Source: an uncultured bacterium
Lineage (GTDB): Bacteria; Macinerneyibacteriota; Macinerneyibacteria; Macinerneyibacteriales; DSCS01
NCBI GenBank assembly: GCA_964548195.1
Contig: CAZJQC010000002.1
Coordinates: 1-64,000, forward strand
Reading direction: 5' to 3'
DNA: 64,000 nucleotides
Shown: in pieces, positions 9,765 through 18,728 of the stretch
How the letters are laid out: every line of letters starts with the position of its first letter
Position numbering within the stretch: position 1 is the stretch's first letter
Program-made: the position numbers and the translations under genes
Notes under the pieces: model-generated
Database searches by the model: none
What the model was told of the DNA's origin: nothing
Seen by the model: the letters and a program-made list of their open reading frames with translations, nothing else

Positions 9765-10325
9765 ATGGAGAACGGATTATTATTTATAGACCGCGAGGGA
9801 TTCAGAAGATGGCTAAGTGAAAACCACGATAAAAGCCCCGGAATATGGATGGTCTTTGGAAAGACAGGGAATTTGATCACGATCAGGGCAGAAGACGCCC
9901 TTGAAGAAGCCTTATGTTTCGGCTGGATCGACGGGCAATTGAATAGTATAGACCAGGATAAATATATCAAGAGATTTACCCCGAGGAGAAAAGGAAGCAA
10001 GTGGTCTGAAAAAAACCGTAAAACGGCCGAGATGCTTATTTCATCAGGGAGGATGGCTGAAAGCGGATTCGAGGCGATTGAAGACGCTAAAAAGAGAGGA
10101 AATTGGGATATCCCCAAAGCTGATCCTTTTAATGAAAAGCAGATAAACATACTTATTGATGCTCTATCGGGGGAGGATTTGGCCCTTTCTAATTTCAAGA
10201 ACATGTCAAACTCAGTAAAGAAGACATACACTCTTTTCTACTTAGATGCCAAAAAGGAAGACACACGGTCCAAAAGGCTTCAAAAGATCGTAGAAAGACT
10301 AAAGGAAAATAAAAAACCGATGTAA
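9765..10325 (+). CDS. YdeI/OmpD-associated family protein
   Basis: FRRWLSENHD, EEALCFGWIDG, FTPRRKGSKWSEKN, AKKEDTRSKRL; ATG 9765 after GGGGG. Confidence 0.88.
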   Translation: MENGLLFIDREGFRRWLSENHDKSPGIWMVFGKTGNLITIRAEDALEEALCFGWIDGQLNSIDQDKYIKRFTPRRKGSKWSEKNRKTAEMLISSGRMAESGFEAIEDAKKRGNWDIPKADPFNEKQINILIDALSGEDLALSNFKNMSNSVKKTYTLFYLDAKKEDTRSKRLQKIVERLKENKKPM

Positions 10326-10389
10326 GTGGAGAGAGAGGGCTATTTTCTCAAAAGCCCGCGCCGGCCATCTGATTTTTCACGCCTGTATA

Positions 10390-10417
10390 ATGTCCTATAA
10401 TATATGTTATGTTGAGT
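10390..10417 (+). other. putative chromosomal dif site (XerC/XerD recombination site)
   Basis: ATGTCCTATAA-TATATG-TTATGTTGAGT in 11-6-11 layout, close to B. subtilis ACTTCCTAGAA-TATATA-TTATGTAAACT and E. coli GGTGCGCATAA-TGTATA-TTATGTTAAAT; intergenic, at the gene-orientation switch. Confidence 0.8.
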
Positions 10418-10430
10418 TATGCCTGTGTAT

Positions 10431-10464
10431 GAAAATGGCGGGCCTCCTTTATTGAAGACCCGCC
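10431..10464 (-). terminator. Rho-independent terminator after osmC-like gene
   Basis: Minus strand GGCGGGTCTTC-AATAAA-GGAGGCCCGCC-ATTTTC. Confidence 0.7.
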
Positions 10465-10478
10465 CTGCGAACGATTTT

Positions 10479-10913
10479 TTACATCACAAAGAATTTGACG
10501 TCCGATATATTGGCGATATTGTCCGATATGGGACATCTGAGATCCACTTCGTGCAGAAACGCTTCCTTTTCCGCCTTGCTCATGTCGGCGTCAATATCGA
10601 CGTTCACACGGATCTCGGTGAAACCCGCACGGCCTTCCTTTGTGGAGCCCATGAGAAAATCAGTGTCGATGTCCGCTTCCACAGAGACGTTAAGACCTCT
10701 CAGGTCTATCCTTCTCTGCTTAGCGACTATGCGTCCTATTGTTGCGATGCAACCCGATAAGGAGACAAATAAATACTCCAGCGGGTTCGGGCCCTCGTCC
10801 TTGCCGCCGCCCTCCACGGGCTGATCGACGATTGCTATATGGCCTCTCATCCTGGTCTCGATCCTGAAATTCTCCTCAAGCTTCGCGTTGACTTTGATGG
10901 TTTTTTTAGGCAT
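10479..10913 (-). CDS. OsmC/Ohr family protein
   Basis: DQPVEGGGKDEGPNPLEYLFVSLSGC and RCPISD; two conserved Cys. Confidence 0.9.
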   Translation of the reverse strand: MPKKTIKVNAKLEENFRIETRMRGHIAIVDQPVEGGGKDEGPNPLEYLFVSLSGCIATIGRIVAKQRRIDLRGLNVSVEADIDTDFLMGSTKEGRAGFTEIRVNVDIDADMSKAEKEAFLHEVDLRCPISDNIANISDVKFFVM

Positions 10914-11014
10914 AAATTTAACCTCCGTTGTTTAGAAAGATACTAACATTAAAATAACATAACGTCAACTAATAAGTATTTAATTCACGTTTAAAATCCG
11001 AATTTTTACGAGAT

Positions 11015-12397
11015 CTATAAGAACGGCCTAAGCCCCTCAGTCTCAATCTCCGGATACTCGGTGAATTTGTCAAAAATGTTCCTCAAATATTTTTTCAGCA
11101 GCCCTTCCGTGCGTGCTTCCGCGCGGACGACGAGGACAGGCTGGGTGTTGGATGGCCTTATAAGCGCCCATCCGTCTTCAAACAGTATGCGTATGCCGTC
11201 TATATCGATGACCTCGTAGAGTTCGCTGTAGTAGAGGCTGAGTTTGTCCATCACTGCAAATTTGACGTCGTCATTGCAGCCTATACGGATCTCGGGAGTC
11301 GAAAAATAGCGGGGTATGCCGGATGTAAGGGCACTCACCGTTTTATTTGTGTCTCCCATGATCTCAAGGAGACGCAATGCACCGTAAAAAGCGTCGTCAT
11401 AGCCGGGGTGTCTGTCCCTGAAAAACATATGGCCTGACATCTCACCGCCGAATACGGCTCCGAGTTCCTTCATCTTCGCCTTAAGTAGCGAGTGGCCGGC
11501 CTTCCACATGACGGGTATTCCGCCCTTGTTCTTTATGTGCTCTATAAGTCCCTGGGAGCATTTCACTTCAAAGACTATCTCACTTCCCGGGGCTTTTTTT
11601 AATATGGATTCAGCGTATACGCCTAACAGCGTGTCTCCGTAAAGCAGCCTGCCGGTCTCGTCGATGACCCCTATTCTGTCGACATCGCCGTCAAAACCTA
11701 TGCCGATCTCCGCTTTTTCGGACAACACGGCGGCTTTGAGCGCGGTGACATTTTTTTCAACTGTAGGGTCAGCTATATGGTTGGGAAAGTTGCCGTCCGG
11801 TTTTTCAAATATAAAATGCGCATCCACGCCGGCGGCTTTGAATATTTCGCGTGCGTATAAACCGGCCGACCCGTTGCCGCAGTCTATTACGGCTTTTATC
11901 CCCTTCGGCACCTTTACGCCGTTCAGGAGGTCAGCCATGTAATCCGGAAAGACATCATGCTCGCTATAGCCCCCCTCTTCACCGTCCGTCAGTTCATCGG
12001 CGATTATGGATGCGTGCAATGACTGTATCTCATCTCCGTATATGGCATCGATACCTTTGCACATCTTGAAGCCGTTGTATTCGGGCGGGTTATGGGAAGC
12101 CGTGACCATGAGGCCGCCATGGGCATGCAGGCGGCCGATGGAATAATAAAAGACCGGCGTCGCCGTAACACCCAGATATGTCACGGAACATCCCGTGGAG
12201 CGTATGCCCCGTATCACAGAAGCGGTTATTCTCGGGCCGCTTATCCTTACGTCACGGCCGACTGTCACATCCTTGCCGCCGTGCGAGAGTATATAGCTGC
12301 CGAAAGCCTTACCGATGAGATATGAGCTCTCATCGGTAAGGTCCTTGTCCGCCAGTCCGCGGATATCGTATTCCCTGAAAATATAACTGCTTATCAT
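11015..12397 (-). CDS. phosphomannomutase/phosphoglucomutase
   Basis: IFREYDIRG, TASHNP, FDGDVDR, GGEMSGH, RPSNTQP. Confidence 0.95.
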   Translation of the reverse strand: MISSYIFREYDIRGLADKDLTDESSYLIGKAFGSYILSHGGKDVTVGRDVRISGPRITASVIRGIRSTGCSVTYLGVTATPVFYYSIGRLHAHGGLMVTASHNPPEYNGFKMCKGIDAIYGDEIQSLHASIIADELTDGEEGGYSEHDVFPDYMADLLNGVKVPKGIKAVIDCGNGSAGLYAREIFKAAGVDAHFIFEKPDGNFPNHIADPTVEKNVTALKAAVLSEKAEIGIGFDGDVDRIGVIDETGRLLYGDTLLGVYAESILKKAPGSEIVFEVKCSQGLIEHIKNKGGIPVMWKAGHSLLKAKMKELGAVFGGEMSGHMFFRDRHPGYDDAFYGALRLLEIMGDTNKTVSALTSGIPRYFSTPEIRIGCNDDVKFAVMDKLSLYYSELYEVIDIDGIRILFEDGWALIRPSNTQPVLVVRAEARTEGLLKKYLRNIFDKFTEYPEIETEGLRPFL

Positions 12398-12398
12398 A

Positions 12399-13565
12399 TT
12401 ATGCACTTTGTTTTTCCGGAAGCATCAGATTCAATACGACTCCGACAAGTCCCGAAAGCCCTATTCCGGCAAGGCTGAAGCTGCCCACGCTGAATACCGC
12501 GCCGCCTATGCCGATCACCAATATGACGCTTACCACTATCATGTTCTTGGTCGAGGACATGTTGACTTTATGCTGCACCATGTTTTTTATTCCTATGGTG
12601 GCGATCATGCCAAACAGTATGACCATAATGCCGCCCATGACAGGCGCCGGGATGGTCTTTAACACGGCTCCTATTTTTCCCAGAAAAGCCATGAGTATTG
12701 CAGTTACGGCCGCAATACGCATGACAACGGGATCAAATACCTTTGTAAGAGCGACGGCTCCGGTGACTTCCGAATAGGTGGTGTTCGGAGGGCCGCCCAA
12801 AAGTGAGGCAAATGAAGTGGCCAGGCCGTCTCCCAATATGGTCCTGTGAAGTCCCGGATCGTTATAGAACTTTTTGCCGGCCACATCGGATATGACCATG
12901 ATGTCTCCTATGTGCTCTATTGCCGGAGCCAATGCTACGGGTACTATGTAAAATATTGCCTGCCAGTTGAAGCTCGGAAAGACAAAGGCCGGCATTGAAA
13001 ACCATTTGGCCTGCGCTATCGCGCTGAAGTCCACCAGTCCCATGAAATACGCGGCGACATATCCCACAAAGATCCCTGACAATATGGGCATAAGCCTCAA
13101 AAAACCTTTGGAAAAGTGTGATACGATTATCGTTGTGACAAGCGCGATCAAAGCTACAACATAGTTGGTTTTGGCCATATTTACCGCCACAGGGGCAAGG
13201 CTAAGGCCTATGACCATGATGACAGGGCCTATTACATGTGAGGGCAGCAGCTTGTTGATAAAGCCCACGCCCTTGTATTTTATCAGTACGGAAAAAAGTA
13301 TCTTTACAAATCCCGCCGCCATAAGTCCGCTGAGAGTCCCTCTTAGCCCCCACAATCTCGTTGCCGCTATGATGGGCGCTATGTACGCAAACGATGACGC
13401 AAGAAAGACAGGGACTTTGCCTTTGGTCACCAGGTGGAATATCAATGTGCCCGCCCCCGCGGTGAACAGCGCAACATTCGGGTCAAGCCCGGTCAGCAAA
13501 GGCACAAGGACCAAGGCTCCGAATGCTACGAACAACATCTGAATGCCGATCAGTAATTTTCGCAT
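12399..13565 (-). CDS. uraA: uracil permease (NAT/NCS2 family)
   Basis: QMLFVAFGALVLVP, SSFAYI, EHIGD, PPNTTYSEVTGAV; next to upp. Confidence 0.92.
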   Translation of the reverse strand: MRKLLIGIQMLFVAFGALVLVPLLTGLDPNVALFTAGAGTLIFHLVTKGKVPVFLASSFAYIAPIIAATRLWGLRGTLSGLMAAGFVKILFSVLIKYKGVGFINKLLPSHVIGPVIMVIGLSLAPVAVNMAKTNYVVALIALVTTIIVSHFSKGFLRLMPILSGIFVGYVAAYFMGLVDFSAIAQAKWFSMPAFVFPSFNWQAIFYIVPVALAPAIEHIGDIMVISDVAGKKFYNDPGLHRTILGDGLATSFASLLGGPPNTTYSEVTGAVALTKVFDPVVMRIAAVTAILMAFLGKIGAVLKTIPAPVMGGIMVILFGMIATIGIKNMVQHKVNMSSTKNMIVVSVILVIGIGGAVFSVGSFSLAGIGLSGLVGVVLNLMLPEKQSA

Positions 13566-13576
13566 GTAATACTCCT

Positions 13577-14197
13577 TTATTTGGTTCCGAACAATCTGTC
13601 CCCCGCGTCACCAAGACCGGGGATTATATACTTATGGTCGTTTAAATACTCATCCACATTGCCGGTAAATATCTCGACATCCGGGAATGCCGCTTCAATG
13701 GCTGCGATCCCTTCCGGGGCGGCGATTATTGACAGTATTTTGATTTTTTTAAAGTTTCTTCGCTTTAACAGGTCTATGGCAGCTATTATAGACCCCCCGG
13801 TGGCAAGCATCGGGTCGATGATCACTGCAAGGGGTTCTGTAAGCCCTTCAGGAAGTTTTTCATAATATTCCACAGGCATTTTTGTCTCCGGGTCTCGGTA
13901 CAGTCCCACAAAGCCGACCCTTGCGTTCGGCAAAAGGCTCAGTATGCCGTCAAGCATCCCCACGCCCGCCCTGAGTATGGGGACGATAACGATATCTTCG
14001 CGTATCTCGGAGCCGTTCATCTTGCGCAGCGGCGTCTCGATATCCTTGTTCTGAAGTTTGATGTCCTTGAATGCCTCATATGCCAGCAGCATAGTGATCT
14101 CATTGGCCAGTTCTCTGAATTCTTTCTGTCCGGTGGATTTTTCCCTCAATATTGTGAGTTTGTGTTTAAGCAGCGGATGATGGATCTCATGATACAT
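13577..14197 (-). CDS. upp: uracil phosphoribosyltransferase
   Basis: VPILRAG, DPMLATGGS, YIIPGLGDAGDRLFGTK. Confidence 0.97.
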   Translation of the reverse strand: MYHEIHHPLLKHKLTILREKSTGQKEFRELANEITMLLAYEAFKDIKLQNKDIETPLRKMNGSEIREDIVIVPILRAGVGMLDGILSLLPNARVGFVGLYRDPETKMPVEYYEKLPEGLTEPLAVIIDPMLATGGSIIAAIDLLKRRNFKKIKILSIIAAPEGIAAIEAAFPDVEIFTGNVDEYLNDHKYIIPGLGDAGDRLFGTK

Positions 14198-14223
14198 AAA
14201 TACACCTCTTTCATTGTTTCAAA

Positions 14224-15498
14224 TCACAGTATTTTGGCTGCCAATGAAGCGAGTCTGCTTCTTTCGCTTTTTTCAAGCGTGACATGACCGTATATCTCCT
14301 GTCCTTTAAATCGTTCAATCAAATATGTCAAACCATTGGAGGCCTCGTCAAGATACGGGTTATCTATCTGATACGGATCCCCGTTCAGTATGATCTTGCT
14401 GTTCGAACCCGCTCTGCTCACGATCGTTTTTACTTCATGTGGAGTAAGGTTTTGAGCTTCGTCTATGATTATGAACTGTGATGAGATGCTTCTTCCCCTG
14501 ATAAAAGTCAGGGCCTCAAGCTCTATGATCTCCGAGTCCATGAAATAAAGACGGTTTTTCTTGCCGAGATCGTTACAGTCAATGAGAAAATCAAGGTTGT
14601 CAAACACCGGCTCCATCCAGTTTTCAAGCTTGTTTTCCTTTGATCCCGGGAGATATCCGATGTCTTTTCCCACGGGCATAATAGGCCTCATGATCAGCAC
14701 TTTTTTATATTTCTGTTCTTCCGTCACCTTGTGAAGCCCGGCCGCCAAAGCCAGCAATGTCTTGCCGGTGCCCGCGCGTCCGACGAGTGAGACAAGCTGA
14801 ACGGAATCGTCCATCAGCAGCTCAAGGGCGCATTCCTGTTCTATGTTCAGCGCGCTTATTCCCCAGGGAGACGTGTTGTTATAGCGCGGTCTTATTATAT
14901 TGTCACGGGCCGGGTCATATTTACCCTCCAGAAAACCGCCGCGGATCATCATCTGATTCGCGTAAAACTCACGCTCAAACTGTTCTGAAAGCCCGCATTC
15001 TTTAAACGTTTCCTCCGTCTTAAAAACCCCGGTATAAAGCTCGTTGAAATCCACTTTTTCATGCTGATAGTCCTCCGCGGCTATGGATAACGCTTCCGCT
15101 TTGACCCTCGCGTTTATGTCCATGGATACAAAGACCGCATTGGCGCCCCTCTTATCGCGAAGATATCTGGCGGCCATTATTATGCGGTTGTCAGTATTGG
15201 CGGTCTGAAGACCTTTAGGAAGATCGCATTCAAAATCTATGAGTATGCACAACCTTCCGCCGAGATCGTTCACTTCGACGCCCTGCAGTATGTCGCCATT
15301 GCGGCGCAATTCATCAAGAGCCCGTATCACCATGCGGGAATTGCGGCCCTTTTCAGAGAGGTCGGTCTTGAAATGATCAAGCTCTTCAAGGACATCTATG
15401 GGTATGTAGACGGTGTTTTCCTGAAAATTAAAAATAGAACCCGGATCATGGAGCAATACATTTGTATCAAGTACAAAATGTTTTACCTCCGAGCGCAC
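14224..15498 (-). CDS. PIN-PhoH (PhoH2-type) protein
   Basis: N-terminal PIN VLDTNVLLHDP; P-loop GRAGTGKT, IGYLPG, FIRGRS, IDEAQN, GDPYQID. Confidence 0.92.
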   Translation of the reverse strand: MRSEVKHFVLDTNVLLHDPGSIFNFQENTVYIPIDVLEELDHFKTDLSEKGRNSRMVIRALDELRRNGDILQGVEVNDLGGRLCILIDFECDLPKGLQTANTDNRIIMAARYLRDKRGANAVFVSMDINARVKAEALSIAAEDYQHEKVDFNELYTGVFKTEETFKECGLSEQFEREFYANQMMIRGGFLEGKYDPARDNIIRPRYNNTSPWGISALNIEQECALELLMDDSVQLVSLVGRAGTGKTLLALAAGLHKVTEEQKYKKVLIMRPIMPVGKDIGYLPGSKENKLENWMEPVFDNLDFLIDCNDLGKKNRLYFMDSEIIELEALTFIRGRSISSQFIIIDEAQNLTPHEVKTIVSRAGSNSKIILNGDPYQIDNPYLDEASNGLTYLIERFKGQEIYGHVTLEKSERSRLASLAAKIL

Positions 15499-15499
15499 C

Positions 15500-15907
15500 T
15501 TACTGATACCTCTTTTTCATCATTATCTTTGTGCCGTGCTCGCCTTTGGAGACCGATACGTCATCCATATAGGTCTGCATGATAAAAATACCTCGCCCGC
15601 TTGTGCTAAGCGGCGAATCCGGCAAGCTGCTGCCTGTCACAAAGTCACGGAAATCAGTATTGGAATCCTCCACGGAGAGAAGTATGAGCTCATCTTTCAC
15701 GTCAAGGTCGACATAGACATATTTCAATATCTGGTTGTCGTTTCCGTGTATTATGGCATTACTGGCCGCTTCGGTAAGTGAAGCGACCAGATGGCCTATA
15801 AGCATGTTATTAAGACTGTTGCGTTGAAAAAATATCTCCGCAGTATCTATTATGGTCTCCAGATATTCGGTTGAAGACGGAAGCTGAAGCTTCAGAGTCT
15901 CGGACAT
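15500..15907 (-). CDS. RsbW-like anti-sigma factor/Ser kinase (HATPase_c_2)
   Basis: EAASNAIIHGN, SGRGIFIMQTYMDDV. Confidence 0.85.
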   Translation of the reverse strand: MSETLKLQLPSSTEYLETIIDTAEIFFQRNSLNNMLIGHLVASLTEAASNAIIHGNDNQILKYVYVDLDVKDELILLSVEDSNTDFRDFVTGSSLPDSPLSTSGRGIFIMQTYMDDVSVSKGEHGTKIMMKKRYQ

Positions 15908-15915
15908 CTCTATTT

Positions 15916-16257
15916 TCAGACCATATCTTTGATGGCATCAGCTTCGGAATCGTAACAATCAAACAATGTGAGAAGCTTTGTGATGGTCAACAAGTCTTTT
16001 ATCCTCTGCGTTATCTTCACAAGGCTCATGACGCCGTTCCTGCTTTTGAGCGTGGTATAAGCTGATATAAGCACGCCAAGACCCGTCGAATCCATAAACG
16101 GGACACTTTCGAAGTCGACGATCACCTTTGTAAAACCGTCTTCCACGGCCTGGTTGATGACCTCCTTAAGAGACATCACCTTGTCGCCGCTGACGATCTT
16201 GCCGTAAGGTTTTATCAAGACTATATCATTTGACTTTTTCTCAACATCTATTTTCAT
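15916..16257 (-). CDS. STAS-domain anti-sigma factor antagonist (RsbV-like)
   Basis: VPFMDSTGLGVL phospho-Ser motif. Confidence 0.9.
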   Translation of the reverse strand: MKIDVEKKSNDIVLIKPYGKIVSGDKVMSLKEVINQAVEDGFTKVIVDFESVPFMDSTGLGVLISAYTTLKSRNGVMSLVKITQRIKDLLTITKLLTLFDCYDSEADAIKDMV

Positions 16258-16377
16258 AGAACGCCCCCTTTCATTTCCATGGATTATAGCATAATATTAT
16301 TTTCCACGCAACAGGATTTCATGATGCCGTTGCATGGATAAGAGAAATTATATATTAAAAAGAGATAATATCTGACG

Positions 16378-17427
16378 CTATGAACTGCTATGAGTGAAAT
16401 ATTTACTAAATTCTGCTGTAAAATTTGAAGTAAAACAATTATCGTCAGATATATGCTCTTCAATCTCTGACTTTGTCCAAAACCGGAGTTCACTGATCTC
16501 GTCATGCTGATATTTCATCCATTCATTGCGATACCGCCCGGCGAAGACAAAGACTATTTCCCTTTCAATATCGCTTTCCCAAAGATACTTGTCTATAAAC
16601 ACCGTCTCTTTCGGGAAAAAGCCGATTTCCTCAAGGCTTTCCCGCATCAGGGCCTGTTCGACCCTCTCGCCATAGGCTACATGCCCTCCCACGGAAGTAT
16701 CCCATCTGTCCGGCTGTATCTGCCTGTCCTTTCGTCTTTTCTGTAACAAGAGACGGCCGGAGTCATCGATCACATGCAGATGTACAACAGGATGAAGTCT
16801 TTTGGAACCGTTGTGAGCTTTTCTACGGGAGATCTTTCCTTTGACGTGCCCGGAAGCGTCACATTCCGGCAACATCTCTTTTGTTGCCAGCCTCCGCCTT
16901 ATCATGGCTGCGGAGACAGCTGAGAGCGCCGCCGCGTATGGCAAAAGGTTCCAGGCAGACCACAATAAACGGGAACCGGAGGCTGCGGTCGCCGCCGAGA
17001 CGGAACCGTGCAGCATTAAAAAAACGCAGGCCCGGCGCAGGGTCTTTTTAAGCCATATGGGATCGGTATCGAACGGCAGCACCCTCCCCCGCCATGCCTT
17101 GAGCTTTTCATCCTCCAAAGAGCATATGAAAACAAGGTACAAAGAAGCAGACAACTCAAAGACCGCGGGTTTGTATAACAACAGCAGCGGGGAATCCATC
17201 AGCAAACCGGCAGCACACATCAGGCCGAGTATCAGTACGTCAAAGAGGAAAAAAGACTCGAATCTCCGGTTTTTGAGAATATCAAAAGCCATTTCGGCGG
17301 CCCCGACAGCAAGGGCGGATATCATGCCGGCGAACGCCCCCCAAAAAAACTCTATTAAGATGTATGATAACAGGGGCAGCATCTGATAGAACAATACACG
17401 CACTCCCCCGCTTTCTCTTTTGTCCAT
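16378..17427 (-). CDS. membrane domain (IspZ/YciB-like) fused to a NUDIX hydrolase (IDI-like subfamily)
   Basis: Several TM segments with LYKP; C-terminal LHPVVHLHV...LLLQKR...WDTSVGGHV...ALMRESLEEIG Nudix box; start placed at ATG 17427. Confidence 0.8.
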   Translation of the reverse strand: MDKRESGGVRVLFYQMLPLLSYILIEFFWGAFAGMISALAVGAAEMAFDILKNRRFESFFLFDVLILGLMCAAGLLMDSPLLLLYKPAVFELSASLYLVFICSLEDEKLKAWRGRVLPFDTDPIWLKKTLRRACVFLMLHGSVSAATAASGSRLLWSAWNLLPYAAALSAVSAAMIRRRLATKEMLPECDASGHVKGKISRRKAHNGSKRLHPVVHLHVIDDSGRLLLQKRRKDRQIQPDRWDTSVGGHVAYGERVEQALMRESLEEIGFFPKETVFIDKYLWESDIEREIVFVFAGRYRNEWMKYQHDEISELRFWTKSEIEEHISDDNCFTSNFTAEFSKYFTHSSS

Positions 17428-17433
17428 GGGAGG

Positions 17434-17462
17434 ATAATAGACCGGGGTGAAGCGTATTTCAA
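17434..17462 (-). promoter_or_regulatory. promoter of the NUDIX gene, likely leaderless
   Basis: TTGAAA, 17 nt, TATTAT, 6 nt, ATG. Confidence 0.6.
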
Positions 17463-17522
17463 CCATTATGTGTTGACGCCATCATAAAGGGGTGTATATT
17501 CGCTTTACGAAAGGAGCGCACG

Positions 17523-18728
17523 GTGAATGAATACCTTAACAAGATCTCAATGATCTCCCGGAATGCCCGCCGGTTCCTTATAGGCGGCCTTTTTAACGGG
17601 CTGGGCATGGCCGTTTTCTCGCTTCTTTTCAACCTTTATCTTAAAGAATACGGATATGGTGAGGGCGTGATCGGACAGATACTGTCATTGGGCGCTTTGG
17701 GGGCGGCGGTGATAGCAGTGCCGGCTGCCATACTCATAGAACGTTTTCACATCAAGCACATACTTATCATCACCACGCTTCTCGCTTCGGCGGCCTATGC
17801 ACTGCAGATATATTTTAAAGAGATCGGCATGATAATGGCATTCAGCTTTCTTGCGACAATGTTTATCACGGTATACCGTGTCTCTGTCGCGCCTTTTTTT
17901 ATGCGAAACAGCACTGAGAAGGAACGGATATATCTCTTCAGCATAAGTTACGCCGTCATGATGTTCTCGCAATTTGCGGGGTTCATGGCGGGAGGATACC
18001 TCCCGAACATGCTTATGAGGCTGGGCTTTTCAGTGTCGAAAATATCGGCCTACGAGACATCCCTTTATATGTCGATAATCATGACCATAGTCTCAGTCAT
18101 ACCCTTCTCACGCATAGACCAAAAACCCGTGCCGCCGGTCAAGACCGTGCTGCGGGAGAGGATCAAAGACATCGACTGGCATATAATTTTCAGGCTGATG
18201 ATCCCGAAGATACTTGTGGGCATGGGAGCAGGCCTTGTGATACCTTTTATGAACCTCTATTTCAAGATAGTCTTCGGCCTTGAATCGGACACCATAGGCA
18301 TATATTTTTCCATACTTCAGATATTCATGTTCGTCGGCATGCTCTGCGCCCCGTTTCTCACTCAAAGATTCGGTATGATAAAAAGCATAGTCTTTACGGA
18401 GCTGGCCTCAATACCGTTTATGCTGCTTTTGGCGATAACCACGGACATAAGGATAGCCGTCGCCGCTTTTGTGCTGCGAGGCACCTTGATGAACATGAAC
18501 ATACCCATAAGCAGCAATTTTGAGATGGAGCTTGTGGAAGACCGGAACCGTCCGCTGACAAATGCCGTATCTATGCTGTCATGGAATGCCGCGTGGACTT
18601 TGAGCGCCCATTTCGGAGGCGGCATAATAGAAAAATATTCATTTACCCTTTCTTTTTTCATTACGGTCGGGCTATATTTTTTCTCTGCCGCCACCTACTA
18701 TATGTTTTTTAAGGACAAGCGGCATTAA
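17523..18728 (+). CDS. MFS transporter
   Basis: About 12 hydrophobic helices, FNLYL, GAGLVIPFMNLYF; SD AAGGAG with GTG start. Confidence 0.9.
   Translation: MNEYLNKISMISRNARRFLIGGLFNGLGMAVFSLLFNLYLKEYGYGEGVIGQILSLGALGAAVIAVPAAILIERFHIKHILIITTLLASAAYALQIYFKEIGMIMAFSFLATMFITVYRVSVAPFFMRNSTEKERIYLFSISYAVMMFSQFAGFMAGGYLPNMLMRLGFSVSKISAYETSLYMSIIMTIVSVIPFSRIDQKPVPPVKTVLRERIKDIDWHIIFRLMIPKILVGMGAGLVIPFMNLYFKIVFGLESDTIGIYFSILQIFMFVGMLCAPFLTQRFGMIKSIVFTELASIPFMLLLAITTDIRIAVAAFVLRGTLMNMNIPISSNFEMELVEDRNRPLTNAVSMLSWNAAWTLSAHFGGGIIEKYSFTLSFFITVGLYFFSAATYYMFFKDKRH

Noticed and set aside
4174..10325. Possible tRNA-anchored genomic island
   Set aside because: No integrase or transposase, and no duplicated tRNA 3' end seen.
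10373..10436. Short repeats flanking dif (GCCTGT twice; TTTTCA...TGAAAA)
   Set aside because: Only 6-bp matches, too weak to call target duplications or element ends.
10950..10980. Second XerD-arm-like string (minus strand TTATGTTATTT)
   Set aside because: No credible XerC arm; it coincides with the spacer of a TTGACG-17-TAGTAT promoter for the osmC-like gene.
16284..16505. 73-aa minus-strand ORF between the NUDIX and STAS genes
   Set aside because: Overlaps the NUDIX 3' end and the AT-rich promoter region of the STAS operon; no SD or motif.
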